Source: a phage
Sequence record: PZ026127.1
DNA length: 64,000 bases
Reading direction: 5' to 3' (one strand)
Part shown: piece by piece, positions 41,553 through 51,183 of the stretch
Numbering within the stretch: the stretch's first letter is position 1
Layout: every line of letters begins with the position of its first letter
Notes under the pieces: model-generated
Databases searched by the model: none
What the model saw: the letters and a program-made list of their open reading frames with translations, nothing else
Told to the model about the DNA's origin: nothing
Made by a program: the position numbers and the translations under genes

Positions 41553-41572
41553 AGGGTGTCCTCTTATTGATG

Positions 41573-41584
41573 TATTTATAAATA
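41573..41584. promoter_or_regulatory. overlapping divergent late promoters for genes 51 (minus) and 26 (plus)
   Basis: TATTTATAAATA holds TATAAATA on both strands sharing 4 bp. Confidence 0.6.
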
Positions 41585-41602
41585 AGCTTAAAGGAGAAGA
41601 CA

Positions 41603-42226
41603 ATGAATTATACTTTTGACGTAAAAATTAAAAACAAAACCATAAAATACAGAGCATTTACCCTCAGAGAGTATAAGGACTTGCTCCAAGCTAAATTAGA
41701 AGGCAGAATAGAGTCCTTTATCAATGAACTCATTTCGAATTGCACAGATGCTCGTGATTTAAACAAGCAAGAATCTGAGCTCCTGGTGATAAACCTGTGG
41801 GCCCATTCATTAGCTGAAGTGAATATAGAACGTGAGTGGGTTTGTAGTTGCGGTCGCTCACAGGTTGTTCCTATGACACTAACTCGCGCAACATTAGGTA
41901 AAGAGCCAGATGTTATTAAAGACTTTGGCAACTTTAAAATTGTTTTCAGATATCCTAAACTCTTTGAAGATAAAAATAGGGCTATGATGGTCGCAGGGTG
42001 TATCGATTATATTTTAACTTCTGCAGGCGAAAAGCTTTTTCTTTCCGATTTAAGCGATGCGGAACTTGATGACCTTTATTCTGCGATAACAGAAAAAGAC
42101 ATAAAAGAAGTTTATGATGCACTAGTCGCCCCTAAGCCTATTTTGGCTATACCTATTTCTTGTGAATGTGGTGAACATACCGTCCACGTTATTGAGGGAC
42201 TTAAAGAGTTCTTTAAGGTGATGTAA
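41603..42226 (+). CDS. 26: baseplate hub subunit gp26
   Basis: 207 aa; synteny and similarity to T4 gp26. Confidence 0.82.
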   Translation: MNYTFDVKIKNKTIKYRAFTLREYKDLLQAKLEGRIESFINELISNCTDARDLNKQESELLVINLWAHSLAEVNIEREWVCSCGRSQVVPMTLTRATLGKEPDVIKDFGNFKIVFRYPKLFEDKNRAMMVAGCIDYILTSAGEKLFLSDLSDAELDDLYSAITEKDIKEVYDALVAPKPILAIPISCECGEHTVHVIEGLKEFFKVM

Positions 42227-42615
42227 TGAATATCAATAAAATGTATTCAGATTTAGACCCTGAAATGAGGACGTCTTGGAATAGAGACGTCGCTAAAGCT
42301 ACAGGTGCTCGTGCAGTTAAAAATAGTTTGTTAGGCATTATTACTACTCGCAAAGGTTCACGCCCTTTTATGCCTGAATTTGGTTGTGACATCAGTAACC
42401 AATTGTTTGAGAATATCACCCCATTAATCACGGATACCATTAAGCGTAATATAGTTTCCGCAGTGCGGAACTTCGAGCCTCGAATCTCTGCCTTGGCTGT
42501 AGGTGTAACACCCGTGTATGATGATAACTCGATTATAGTAACGGTTCAGTTTAGTATAGTTGATGACCCGGATACATTAGAGCAAATTAGAATCCAGCTC
42601 TCACAGAGTGGTTAA
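42226..42615 (+). CDS. 25: baseplate wedge subunit gp25
   Basis: 129 aa; LLGIITTRKGSRPFMPEFGCD and VRNFEPRI match T4 gp25. Confidence 0.92.
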   Translation: MNINKMYSDLDPEMRTSWNRDVAKATGARAVKNSLLGIITTRKGSRPFMPEFGCDISNQLFENITPLITDTIKRNIVSAVRNFEPRISALAVGVTPVYDDNSIIVTVQFSIVDDPDTLEQIRIQLSQSG

Positions 42616-42673
42616 TTGCTGTTCAAATGAATAGTGTATAATGGTCCTATGGTTATTACACAGGAAACATGCG

Positions 42674-43108
42674 ATGAGTAAAGAGATTGAATATAAGTTG
42701 GAGTCGTTTCAAGATGCATTAGACGAGGATTTAAAGATTGATGGAACTCGTTTACAATATGAAGTACAGAACAACGTTTTGCTGCACAGCAAATGGCTAA
42801 GGCTGTATACGAATTGTAAGAAAGAAATAATGAGATTAGAAATCCAGAAAAAGACCTCACTTAAGAAGCGATTAGATTTCTACACGGGACGTGGAGAGCC
42901 TGGTGATGAGGTTTGTATGGACCAATATGAGAAGTCTGAATTAAAGACCGTTATGGCTGCGGATTCTAGTGTAATTAAAATCGACACATCAATTCAGTAT
43001 TGGGCTTTATTACAAGACTTTTGTAGTTCAGCACTTGATGCTATTAAGGCGCGTGGTTTTAACCTTAAGACCATGCATGAGATGAGACAATTTGAGGCGG
43101 GCAAATGA
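42674..43108 (+). CDS. uvsY: recombination mediator UvsY
   Basis: start at MSKEIEY; LQYEVQNNVLLHSKWL, YEKSELKTVMAADSSVIKIDTS, RGFNLK...MRQFEAGK match T4 UvsY. Confidence 0.9.
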   Translation: MSKEIEYKLESFQDALDEDLKIDGTRLQYEVQNNVLLHSKWLRLYTNCKKEIMRLEIQKKTSLKKRLDFYTGRGEPGDEVCMDQYEKSELKTVMAADSSVIKIDTSIQYWALLQDFCSSALDAIKARGFNLKTMHEMRQFEAGK

Positions 43109-43209
43109 GTTATCGTAAACCAGTCATCAATAAATGCCCTAAACCATCTAAAGAGCGGATGGACGAACTCCAAAAATTCATTAATGCTGCTTTAGCAAGT
43201 AATAAATAG
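43105..43209 (+). CDS. small ORF (34 aa), uvsY.-1-like by position
   Basis: ATG overlaps the uvsY stop (ATGA); below track cutoff. Confidence 0.35.
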   Translation: MSYRKPVINKCPKPSKERMDELQKFINAALASNK

Positions 43210-43237
43210 GTATGTAAGTTAAACTAAGGAGACAATC

Positions 43238-43405
43238 ATGTCAGATAAGATTTGCGTTGTCTGTAAAACTCCAATCGATGCTGCATTGGTTGTTGAAACA
43301 GAAAAAGGTCCGGTTCATCCGGGCTCATGCTATAATTACGTTCAAAGCCTGCCGGTTACGGAAAACACTGAAGAACAGCTGAACGAAACCCAATTACTAC
43401 TTTAG
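43238..43405 (+). CDS. small Cys-containing ORF (55 aa), uvsY.-2-like by position
   Basis: ATG 43238 after AGGAGACAATC; CVVC...CYNY pattern. Confidence 0.4.
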   Translation: MSDKICVVCKTPIDAALVVETEKGPVHPGSCYNYVQSLPVTENTEEQLNETQLLL

Positions 43406-43434
43406 TCTAGTGTGTATAGCCATTTATGGTTATT

Positions 43435-43462
43435 GGCCCTTCCGAAAGGTTGGGCCTTTTTT
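43435..43462 (+). terminator. rho-independent terminator
   Basis: GGCCCTTCCGAAAGGTTGGGCC then TTTTTTGTTT. Confidence 0.7.
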
Positions 43463-43464
43463 GT

Positions 43465-43692
43465 TTAGAAATCTTCCTCTTCCTCGTCGTCCATCGACTC
43501 CAATTCAGCTCTCTTACCAGCCAATGCATCACGCACGCTAATATCATCCGAATCACGAAGTTCGGCTTCCTTACTACGAGTTTTGTAATACTTTTCCAAT
43601 TCCTTCAGACCATCCATAGTCTGACAAGAACCAATTTTAGCCATGAAGCTTTCAATAGATGCTTCTTGAATAACTTCTTTAAAGGTTTTCAT
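43465..43692 (-). CDS. uvsW.1: UvsW.1 (UvsW C-terminal accessory protein)
   Basis: 75 aa, acidic C-terminus; directly downstream of uvsW as in T4. Confidence 0.75.
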   Translation of the reverse strand: MKTFKEVIQEASIESFMAKIGSCQTMDGLKELEKYYKTRSKEAELRDSDDISVRDALAGKRAELESMDDEEEEDF

Positions 43693-45185
43693 AAATCCAC
43701 CTGTTTCATTACGTAATTAAATTTCTCATCAGCATAACGTTGAATACGTTCTAAAGCGTGTTTGAGGGCGTAGTTCAAATGAACATATTTCTTTTTAGCC
43801 GTAGCTGATTTAGGCTTAACACCCATGTCGTCGATGATATCCCACACCTGTGCTGTTGGTTTAGAGGCATGTTTACGGAGTACACGACCAATTGTCTGGA
43901 GTACAATGATTTTAGATTTTACTGGATGGGCAAATACAACGTGGTGAAGGTTCTTAACGGAAATACCAGTAGAGAACACACCATAACTTGCCACAACAAT
44001 AATACCCTTACCATTTTCCGCCATTACTTTCAGAGCATTACGCGTTTCGGTATTAACTTCACCTGATACGTAATAAACTTCTTTATGTTGCTCTTTAACC
44101 ATTTCAAAAAGAGTTTTACCGTGTTCGATGTTTTTAAACATCAGGAATACGTTCTCTTCTTTCTTAGCGAGTTTAACAGCTAAATTAGCAACCCATTTAT
44201 TACGACGAGTAGCCTTAGTAATGACCTTGATTTCTGATTGGTAATCTTTACCTTTCATTTTAACCGTGAATTCGTCTGGGTATCGAAGGAAAATACTGTT
44301 GATTTTAAGGTCAGTAACCTGTCCTTCTTCCATTAACTGGGAGGTGGATACTGGCTTAAACACATCACCAAACAAGCCCATATATTGCATTAAATTAGCT
44401 TTACCATCTTTTAAAGAACCCGACAAACCGAATTTAAACATACAGTTGGTTAGGCCTTCGATGATAGTAGAAATAGATTTACCTGTAGCCAAATGGCATT
44501 CGTCGTTCATAAACATACCGAACTGAGCAAACCATTCTTTAGGTTGCTTGATAGCGGTTTGATAAGTTGAAACATAAATCATTGCATCGGAATCACGAGC
44601 AGTACCTGAACGAATACCAAGCATTGCGGCTTTAGGGAACAGACGATAATCGATGAAGTCGTTAATCATCTGGTCGACAAGTGCAGTAGTAGGAACTAAG
44701 ATGAGGATTTTACCTTCATAGTTCTCAACGTAATATCGACTCAGGAGTGCCTGGATTAATGATTTACCTGCAGATGTAGGTAAATTCAGAATTGCGCGAC
44801 GTTTTGTCAGGCCGTTGTATACGGCTTCATTCTGATACCAATGAGGCTCAATCTTGGTAGACCCTGAATAAATTTCTTGAGAAGCCACCCATGAATCAAA
44901 ATCTTCACGAGAAATATCTTCCTGTTCAAGAATACGTGGGTCAATCCACAGAGAGTATTCAAATTGTTCAGCGAACTTTTTAATTTGAGGGACCAATCCA
45001 TAAGGAAGTTTACGGTTGTAATCCAGAAGGCGAATACGTCCGTCCCATTGGCCATAACGAAATTTAGGGTTGAATTTATATCCATCAGCTTCAAAGCTAA
45101 AATAGTCTCTGAGTTCGTAGAATGTAGATTCATCGCATTCAATACGGACATGACTAAAATTATCAAAATGTACTTGAATTTGCAT
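43689..45185 (-). CDS. uvsW: DNA/RNA helicase UvsW (SF2)
   Basis: 498 aa; helicase motifs LNLPTSAGKS (Walker A), MNDECH (DEAH-like), VASYGVFSTGISV, QTIGRVLR match T4 UvsW. Confidence 0.93.
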   Translation of the reverse strand: MQIQVHFDNFSHVRIECDESTFYELRDYFSFEADGYKFNPKFRYGQWDGRIRLLDYNRKLPYGLVPQIKKFAEQFEYSLWIDPRILEQEDISREDFDSWVASQEIYSGSTKIEPHWYQNEAVYNGLTKRRAILNLPTSAGKSLIQALLSRYYVENYEGKILILVPTTALVDQMINDFIDYRLFPKAAMLGIRSGTARDSDAMIYVSTYQTAIKQPKEWFAQFGMFMNDECHLATGKSISTIIEGLTNCMFKFGLSGSLKDGKANLMQYMGLFGDVFKPVSTSQLMEEGQVTDLKINSIFLRYPDEFTVKMKGKDYQSEIKVITKATRRNKWVANLAVKLAKKEENVFLMFKNIEHGKTLFEMVKEQHKEVYYVSGEVNTETRNALKVMAENGKGIIVVASYGVFSTGISVKNLHHVVFAHPVKSKIIVLQTIGRVLRKHASKPTAQVWDIIDDMGVKPKSATAKKKYVHLNYALKHALERIQRYADEKFNYVMKQVDL

Positions 45186-45199
45186 AAGTAATTCTCAGT

Positions 45200-45221
45200 T
45201 ATAAATATAGTTATATTTATA
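45200..45221. promoter_or_regulatory. back-to-back late promoters (plus for inh/hoc, minus for uvsW)
   Basis: TATAAATA 45200-45207 on plus; TATTTATA 45214-45221 is TATAAATA on minus. Confidence 0.5.
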
Positions 45222-45240
45222 CACCAACAAGAGACTAATT

Positions 45241-45912
45241 ATGGATACTCAATATATTGAAGAGCTTCGTGCACTCGAAGATAAAAAAGAAGCTAAAGCT
45301 AAGTTAATCGAATACGGCGAACAGTTCGGTTTAAAACTTAAGAAAACCCGTTCGTTTGATAATTTGATTATCGATATCTCTGAAGGCCTTAAAGCCTTGG
45401 CTGACGAACCACTTCCAGAAACCGAAGGGTTGTCCATTTCTGATTTGATTGATGCTGCCGACGAACTTACAGGTGCTAACGAATTTGTTGATGGTGCTGA
45501 ACCAGCTAAAGAAGAAGCCACCCTGTTGTTCGATGCCCCTGAGGCTGCAGTAGAAGTCGTTGAGGTAGCCGAACTTCCTAAGGTAGAGATTATCGAAGAG
45601 GATGTTCCATTTGACGAAGAGAAATTCAAAGGGGCTATAGCCAAGGTTGTTGAATCTGAAAAACCCGTATTCTCTTTACCTGAAAACTTCAGTCCTAATC
45701 TTTTGCTTATCGGTAAGAACCCAGGTTATTGCACCGTTCCTTGGTGGATTTACCAATGGATTTCTGAGACCCCGGATTGGAAAGAACGTCCAACTGCTTT
45801 CCAACATCCTTCTGCCCACCAAACATTATTTAGTCTGATTTATTACATTAATCGTAATGGTTCAGTATTAGTACGTGAAACTCGTAACTCATCTTTTGTC
45901 ACTTTAAAATAA
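45241..45912 (+). CDS. inh: Inh-like protein (inhibitor of prohead protease), by synteny
   Basis: 223 aa ORF in the inh position between uvsW and hoc; T4 Inh sequence not recalled in detail. Confidence 0.45.
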   Translation: MDTQYIEELRALEDKKEAKAKLIEYGEQFGLKLKKTRSFDNLIIDISEGLKALADEPLPETEGLSISDLIDAADELTGANEFVDGAEPAKEEATLLFDAPEAAVEVVEVAELPKVEIIEEDVPFDEEKFKGAIAKVVESEKPVFSLPENFSPNLLLIGKNPGYCTVPWWIYQWISETPDWKERPTAFQHPSAHQTLFSLIYYINRNGSVLVRETRNSSFVTLK

Positions 45913-45921
45913 GGGTTTATT

Positions 45922-47055
45922 ATGGCTTATACCGTAGATATGGCTCCTTTGGCGGCTACGGCCGTTATTGGAGCAACAACCAATTTCACTGCGACCGGTT
46001 CCGGTGCTGCAGCTGAAGGTACCGAATCATTTGTCTGGACCGTTGATGGCGTTCCTCAATCTTCTGTGACTGCTGCAATGGATTATGTTGCTGTTGGCCC
46101 AGCAGGCAGCAAGACTATTAAAGTTGTTGCAACAACTACACCAGCGGACGGCGAACCAGAAACAGCTGAAGCCGAAACAACTTTAACTATCCAGAATAAA
46201 ACAATGCCTGCTATTACATTGACTTTAGACCCTGCCTCTGTTTCTAAAGAAGTCGGCCAATCTCAAGTTGTTACTGCTAACGTGACGGGTGCGCCTGCTG
46301 GTGCAACAATTGCTTATGTTTGGAAACGTAACACTAGCGTAATCCCAGGTCAAACTGGTAAAACTATTACTGTTACCGAATCAGCAGAAGCAAATTATAC
46401 ATTGAACTGCGAAGTTACTGTTTCTGCACCCGATTATAATAATGGCACCGCAACTAAAGGAGCGGCGGTAACTTTTGTTAAGAAAACTATGTCGGGTGTT
46501 TCTGTTAATTTAACGCCAGCCTCTATTAATGTACCTGAAGGAACTCCGGCTTCTTTTAAAGCGGACGTAGTCGGCGCTCCTGCTGGTGCTACTTTTGCCT
46601 ATTCTTGGAAGAAAGACGGTTCTCCTGTAGTTGGCACCACGGATACTCTAGCAATCGATACAAGCACTGAAGGTTCACAGGTTATTGAAGTTTCTGTTGT
46701 GGTTTCGGCGACTGATTATAACCCGGTGACTGTTACAAAAACTGGTAATGTAACAATCACGGCTAAAGTCGCTCCTGAACCAGAGGGCGAATTACCTTAC
46801 GTTCATCCGCTACCAGTTCGCAATTCGGCTTATATCTGGTGTGGTTGGTGGGTTATGGATGAAATCCAGAAAATGACTCTTGAAGGCAAAGACTGGAAAA
46901 CAGATGACCCGGATAGCCCGTATTATTTGCACCGATACACGCTTCAAAAAATGATTACCGACTATCCAGAGGTTGATGTACAAGAATCTCGTAATGGTCG
47001 AATTATTCATCGCACCGCTTTAGAAGCTGGTATTATATACGATTACGTTTACTAA
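45922..47055 (+). CDS. hoc: Hoc (highly immunogenic outer capsid protein, Ig-like repeats)
   Basis: 377 aa; repeated Ig-like segments (VTANVTGAPAGATIAYVWK / FKADVVGAPAGATFAYSWKKDG) and conserved C-terminal capsid-binding region. Confidence 0.85.
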   Translation: MAYTVDMAPLAATAVIGATTNFTATGSGAAAEGTESFVWTVDGVPQSSVTAAMDYVAVGPAGSKTIKVVATTTPADGEPETAEAETTLTIQNKTMPAITLTLDPASVSKEVGQSQVVTANVTGAPAGATIAYVWKRNTSVIPGQTGKTITVTESAEANYTLNCEVTVSAPDYNNGTATKGAAVTFVKKTMSGVSVNLTPASINVPEGTPASFKADVVGAPAGATFAYSWKKDGSPVVGTTDTLAIDTSTEGSQVIEVSVVVSATDYNPVTVTKTGNVTITAKVAPEPEGELPYVHPLPVRNSAYIWCGWWVMDEIQKMTLEGKDWKTDDPDSPYYLHRYTLQKMITDYPEVDVQESRNGRIIHRTALEAGIIYDYVY

Positions 47056-47059
47056 TTAT

Positions 47060-47078
47060 GGGCCTTGCGGCCCATTTT
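47060..47078 (+). terminator. rho-independent terminator after hoc
   Basis: GGGCCTTGCGGCCC then ATTTTG. Confidence 0.6.
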
Positions 47079-47158
47079 GCATTAAAGTACAAAATTACTG
47101 TTTACAAGTTAAAAATCCTATGTTAAGATGGGTTTACCAACTCAACGAGAGAATTGTT

Positions 47159-47368
47159 ATGGATAAGGTTAAAGTACATTTTTTACACGAATCTGGGTTG
47201 AATTTTATAGAAATTGCTAAAAAAATGGGCGGGACCGCTAAGGATATGGCCAAAGCATGGGTTGATGTAGAACAAGCCAAGGTCAAATTTAAAGCGAAAG
47301 AAAAGGTTGTTTATCGTAAAAGATTGAACAACAAGGTTCGGCGCAAAGCGCGTTCTGGTTCAAAGTAA
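47159..47368 (+). CDS. hypothetical small basic protein, possible HTH (69 aa)
   Basis: ATG 47159 after GAGAGAATTG; LNFIEIAKKMGGTAKDMAKAW looks helix-turn-helix-like. Confidence 0.45.
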   Translation: MDKVKVHFLHESGLNFIEIAKKMGGTAKDMAKAWVDVEQAKVKFKAKEKVVYRKRLNNKVRRKARSGSK

Positions 47369-47396
47369 TATGCTTTAAATTTAGGTGTGATATAAT
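47369..47396 (+). promoter_or_regulatory. MotA-dependent middle promoter upstream of rnlB
   Basis: ATATGCTTTA (MotA box), 13 nt, TATAAT. Confidence 0.55.
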
Positions 47397-47482
47397 GGGT
47401 CTAGGTCCTTCCGTTAAACCATTTGGCTTGGTGACAGAAGACTACTAGCTCTTCTATTTAATTATATTTATTATGGTGATTT

Positions 47483-48490
47483 ATGTTCAAGAAATATAGC
47501 AGTCTCGAAAACCACTACAACAATAAGTTTATCGAAAAACTCCGTACTAATGGTTTGACTGGTGGTGAATGGGTAGCACGTGAAAAGATTCACGGGACCA
47601 ACTTTAGTTTAATCATAGAACGTGACGCAGTCACATGCGCCAAGCGCACTGGCCCTATCCTCCCTGCTGAAGATTTCTATGGTTATGAAATTGTACTTAA
47701 GAACTATGCTGATTCTATTAAATCTGTTCAACATCTAATTGAATCGATTAATTACCAGTCATATCAGATTTACGGTGAATTCGCTGGGCCAGGTATCCAG
47801 AAGAATGTGGACTATGGTGATAAAGACTTTTATGTGTTCGATATCCGAGTTACTAAGGAAGATGGTACTGAATCTGTTCTAACCGATACATTGATGGAAG
47901 CCTTTTGTATTATTCATAAGTTTAAGGTAGCTCCATGTCTGGCTACTGGTAGCTTTGAAGACCTTATTAAATTACCTAATGACTTTGATTCGGTTATTCC
48001 TGATTATAATTTTGCGGTGGATAACGCTGGCCTAACTATTGCAAACTCGACAGACTTTATTCCTAAGGTAGAAGGTAAAGTATTCACGGCTGAAGGCTTT
48101 GTACTTAAACCCGATATTCCTATCTGGCTTCCTAATGGAAATCGTGTAGCGATTAAATGCAAGAACTCTAAATTCAGCGAGAAGAAAAAGTCTGATAAGC
48201 CTATTAAGGTGGCTGTAGTTTTATCCCAAGATGATATGGATTTGCTGTGGCAATTCACTGATTATGTGACAGTTAACCGTATCAATAACGTTATCAGTAA
48301 GATTGGTGAAGTATCTAAAAAGGATTTTGGAAAGGTAATGGGCTTGACAGTCCAAGATATCTTAGAAGAAGCTGCCCGTGAAGAATTAGAATTAACTGAT
48401 GCAGAAAATCCTGTTGAAGTTAAAAAGCAGCTCGTTGAGTGTGTAAAAGATACCCTACGAGCCGTATGGATTGAACTAGTATCCAAATAA
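47483..48490 (+). CDS. rnlB: RNA ligase 2
   Basis: 335 aa; [26 protein letters not shown] (ligase lysine motif KxHGxN), [21 protein letters not shown] match T4 Rnl2. Confidence 0.95.
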   Translation: MFKKYSSLENHYNNKFIEKLRTNGLTGGEWVAREKIHGTNFSLIIERDAVTCAKRTGPILPAEDFYGYEIVLKNYADSIKSVQHLIESINYQSYQIYGEFAGPGIQKNVDYGDKDFYVFDIRVTKEDGTESVLTDTLMEAFCIIHKFKVAPCLATGSFEDLIKLPNDFDSVIPDYNFAVDNAGLTIANSTDFIPKVEGKVFTAEGFVLKPDIPIWLPNGNRVAIKCKNSKFSEKKKSDKPIKVAVVLSQDDMDLLWQFTDYVTVNRINNVISKIGEVSKKDFGKVMGLTVQDILEEAAREELELTDAENPVEVKKQLVECVKDTLRAVWIELVSK

Positions 48491-48498
48491 ATGATAAA

Positions 48499-48519
48499 GG
48501 GACCTTACGGTCCCTTTTT
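48499..48519. terminator. bidirectional terminator between rnlB and the gene 24 paralog
   Basis: GGGACCTTACGGTCCC then TTTTT; the minus-strand stop overlaps the U-tract. Confidence 0.65.
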
Positions 48520-49801
48520 AGTTTTTATCCAATGGGGGAAGTTTTACACCAAGATAAGAACTCAATTGACTTTGATTAGCCATTTTATCCATATCCGCCC
48601 CATCGATAATACGAGCTTCTTTGTCGTCTTTAGCGACAGTATAAGGATTCGCAGTCAATGCATATCGAGCCAATAAAGATATGGTAGGTTGCAATGAATC
48701 CGGGTCTACAATAACCTTGAATTCACCTACTGAAGTATCACCTTCATCATCAACCTCTTCGAGCCCTTCCGTATAAGGCGCATAATACAAAGATGCGACC
48801 GTCTGCCCTTCACCCATCCAGGCATTTACACCGACAATAACATAATCACACGGACTATTCATATCAGCATAAAGTGGTAGACCATTTTTAAGTATACCAT
48901 AAGCTAATTCGTCTTGGTCTTCTTTTTTCTCAACCCAACCGGATGCAGCGAGAATAGCAGCACAACGAGAAGAAGCTACTGCATAAGTACCTGCAAACGA
49001 AGTCTGGCGTTGAACAGCAGAATTCATTTCACACATATAGTAATACAAGGTACGCGCTCGGTCTTGGGCGTTATCATATTGTGGGTCTGTTAAGTTCAAG
49101 ACACCTTTCTCAGAAACTCCTTCGACTTTAAAACGAGAACTTACCGTAATTAAGGACTGTAATACGTCTTTATTAATTTCTTCAGCCATTTGAATAGCCA
49201 AAATATTGTCTATAAAGTCTGGTGCATTAAACCCGTTGGATTCTAAATCCTGGGCCAGTTCCACAGTCAAAGAAGTTTTAAGTTTACGCGATTTAACTTC
49301 AGTCTGCCACTTATCAATGCGGAACCCTGCTTCAGCAATCTCAGGATGGCCTTTTTCAAATTTATTGGTAAAGGCTGCATCAGACATCATACGAATATGG
49401 CCTGCTGCAATAGCTTCTGAAATAACTTCACTCAAATCGGTTTCAGTTGTTCCTGCAAACGGAGAAGCTTCTAATACCTTGAAAACCACACTTTCGAATT
49501 GGAACATATCACCAACAGCATATGCTTCATCTTTATCGGTGAACTCTGGAATGTTTTTACGTTCAAACATACCAATTTCGCCCGCAAAAGTGGCTCCACC
49601 GAGATAAGTCATTTTATCGTCTGGGTTTAAAACACGGACACCATATAATGCTGCAACAGGTTGAGTAGTTTTTTGTTCAGCAACAAGGGCTTTAAAAATT
49701 CTTTTATTAGTTGCCTGGGTATATGAAAGAAGATTAGGACGGGCGACCTGGTTGGCCGCCGTCAAAGTTGATTCTTGTATTAATGCATTAATCTTTTTCA
49801 T
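48518..49801 (-). CDS. head vertex protein gp24 paralog (divergent second copy)
   Basis: 427 aa; shares the gp24 core (SRKLKT.LTVELAQD.ESNGF.AP.F...EINKDVLQSLITVS, VIVDPDSLQP, YTVAKDDKEAR) but diverges elsewhere. Confidence 0.85.
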   Translation of the reverse strand: MKKINALIQESTLTAANQVARPNLLSYTQATNKRIFKALVAEQKTTQPVAALYGVRVLNPDDKMTYLGGATFAGEIGMFERKNIPEFTDKDEAYAVGDMFQFESVVFKVLEASPFAGTTETDLSEVISEAIAAGHIRMMSDAAFTNKFEKGHPEIAEAGFRIDKWQTEVKSRKLKTSLTVELAQDLESNGFNAPDFIDNILAIQMAEEINKDVLQSLITVSSRFKVEGVSEKGVLNLTDPQYDNAQDRARTLYYYMCEMNSAVQRQTSFAGTYAVASSRCAAILAASGWVEKKEDQDELAYGILKNGLPLYADMNSPCDYVIVGVNAWMGEGQTVASLYYAPYTEGLEEVDDEGDTSVGEFKVIVDPDSLQPTISLLARYALTANPYTVAKDDKEARIIDGADMDKMANQSQLSSYLGVKLPPLDKN

Positions 49802-51082
49802 TTATGCCTCGTAAATAATTGGAGGAAGTTTAACACCAAGCAGATAAGACATGTTACTCTGGCCTGCCATTAAATCCATATTAGTTGCGTCTATAACACG
49901 AGCTTCTTTATCATCTTTAGCAACGGTATACGGGTTTGCTGAAAGTGCATAACGAACCATCAGAGAAATAGCCGGTTGCAAACTATCAGGGTCTACAATA
50001 ACTTTATAGGCGCCAACATGTTCTTGGTCGTCTAAATCCAGACCTTCGGTATACGGAGCATAGAAAATAGAACCAACTACTTCATTACCACCGTAATCTT
50101 CTTTAACGCCTACGATAACATAATCTAAAGGACTATTAACATCACAGAATACAGGCAATCCGTTAATCAAATAACCATAAGCAGTTTCTGGGAGCCAAGC
50201 TTCATCTTCAGGTTTGTGTTTCAACCAACCTGAACCAGCGAGCATCGCAGCAACACGACTAGATGCGACAACAAACGTACCTGAATAAGAAGTGGTTTTC
50301 TGAATTTCAGAATTCATCTCACAAACCATTTCGTATAATTTACGTGCAGATTCTGGAGCACTGTCATAAGACAAATCGACAATACCGTTATCAGACACAC
50401 CAGTAACTTTATAGCGTTTAGATACAGTTATTAGAGACTGCAGAACGTCTTTATTAATTTCATCAGCCATTACAGTGGCTAAAAGGTCTTCTAAGAACGC
50501 AGGGGCGTCGAAGCCATTAGATTCCATGTCTTGGGCTAGTTCTACAGTCAAAGCGGTTTTAAGCTTACGGGACTTAACAGGGGCGTTCCATTTATTAACC
50601 TGGAATACTGCATTGCTAATTTCAACATCACCTGCTTCGAATTTTTCTGTGTGAGCCGCATCAGGAACCAGACGACATGTTAATGACACTAAACCTTCTT
50701 GAAGAGCATCAGCCAATTCTGTGGCGCTAGTGGACGCGAGTGGGCTTGCTTTAAGAGCCTTATAAACCACATTCTGGTACTTGAAATATTCACCCTGAGC
50801 AATCGCCTGGGCCTTATCTGTGAGTTCTGGGATAGTTTCACGGTCTTTAGAACCAACTTCACCACCATAAGAGGCACCTGTCTGGAAACTAAATTCATTA
50901 TCAGGGGTAAGATATTTGACACCATACAGTGCAGCAATAGGCTGGCTAGTACGTTGTTCGGCGATAATATCACGGTAAATCAATTTGGTTGTAGCACGGG
51001 TCAAAGCAACAAGATTAGGGCGACCCAATGAGTTGCTGGAAGTAGTTGTTGACTCGCGCAGTAATTCGTTAATCTTTGCCAT
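49802..51082 (-). CDS. 24: head vertex protein gp24
   Basis: 426 aa; MAKINELLRESTTT...GRPNLVALTRATTKLIY matches the T4 gp24 N-terminus. Confidence 0.93.
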   Translation of the reverse strand: MAKINELLRESTTTSSNSLGRPNLVALTRATTKLIYRDIIAEQRTSQPIAALYGVKYLTPDNEFSFQTGASYGGEVGSKDRETIPELTDKAQAIAQGEYFKYQNVVYKALKASPLASTSATELADALQEGLVSLTCRLVPDAAHTEKFEAGDVEISNAVFQVNKWNAPVKSRKLKTALTVELAQDMESNGFDAPAFLEDLLATVMADEINKDVLQSLITVSKRYKVTGVSDNGIVDLSYDSAPESARKLYEMVCEMNSEIQKTTSYSGTFVVASSRVAAMLAGSGWLKHKPEDEAWLPETAYGYLINGLPVFCDVNSPLDYVIVGVKEDYGGNEVVGSIFYAPYTEGLDLDDQEHVGAYKVIVDPDSLQPAISLMVRYALSANPYTVAKDDKEARVIDATNMDLMAGQSNMSYLLGVKLPPIIYEA

Positions 51083-51110
51083 TGCGCTTTCCTTATTGAG
51101 GGTATATGTT

Positions 51111-51118
51111 TATTTATA
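51111..51118 (-). promoter_or_regulatory. late promoter (TATAAATA on minus) for gene 24
   Basis: plus-strand TATTTATA about 30 nt upstream of the gp24 ATG. Confidence 0.55.
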
Positions 51119-51124
51119 AAAGTT

Positions 51125-51154
51125 GTTTACAGCAAGATTCTCACATGTTACTAT
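51125..51154 (+). promoter_or_regulatory. early promoter cassette
   Basis: GTTTAC, 18 nt, TACTAT, then AGACCTATCAAAACATGAGGAG leader. Confidence 0.55.
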
Positions 51155-51183
51155 AGACCTATCAAAACATGAGGAGATTAAAA

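Noticed and set aside
47099-47130. GTTTAC hexamers upstream of the small ORF at 47159 as an early promoter
   Set aside because: No TAnnnT hexamer at 17-18 nt spacing; the MotA-type promoter at 47369 is the better-supported signal in this area.
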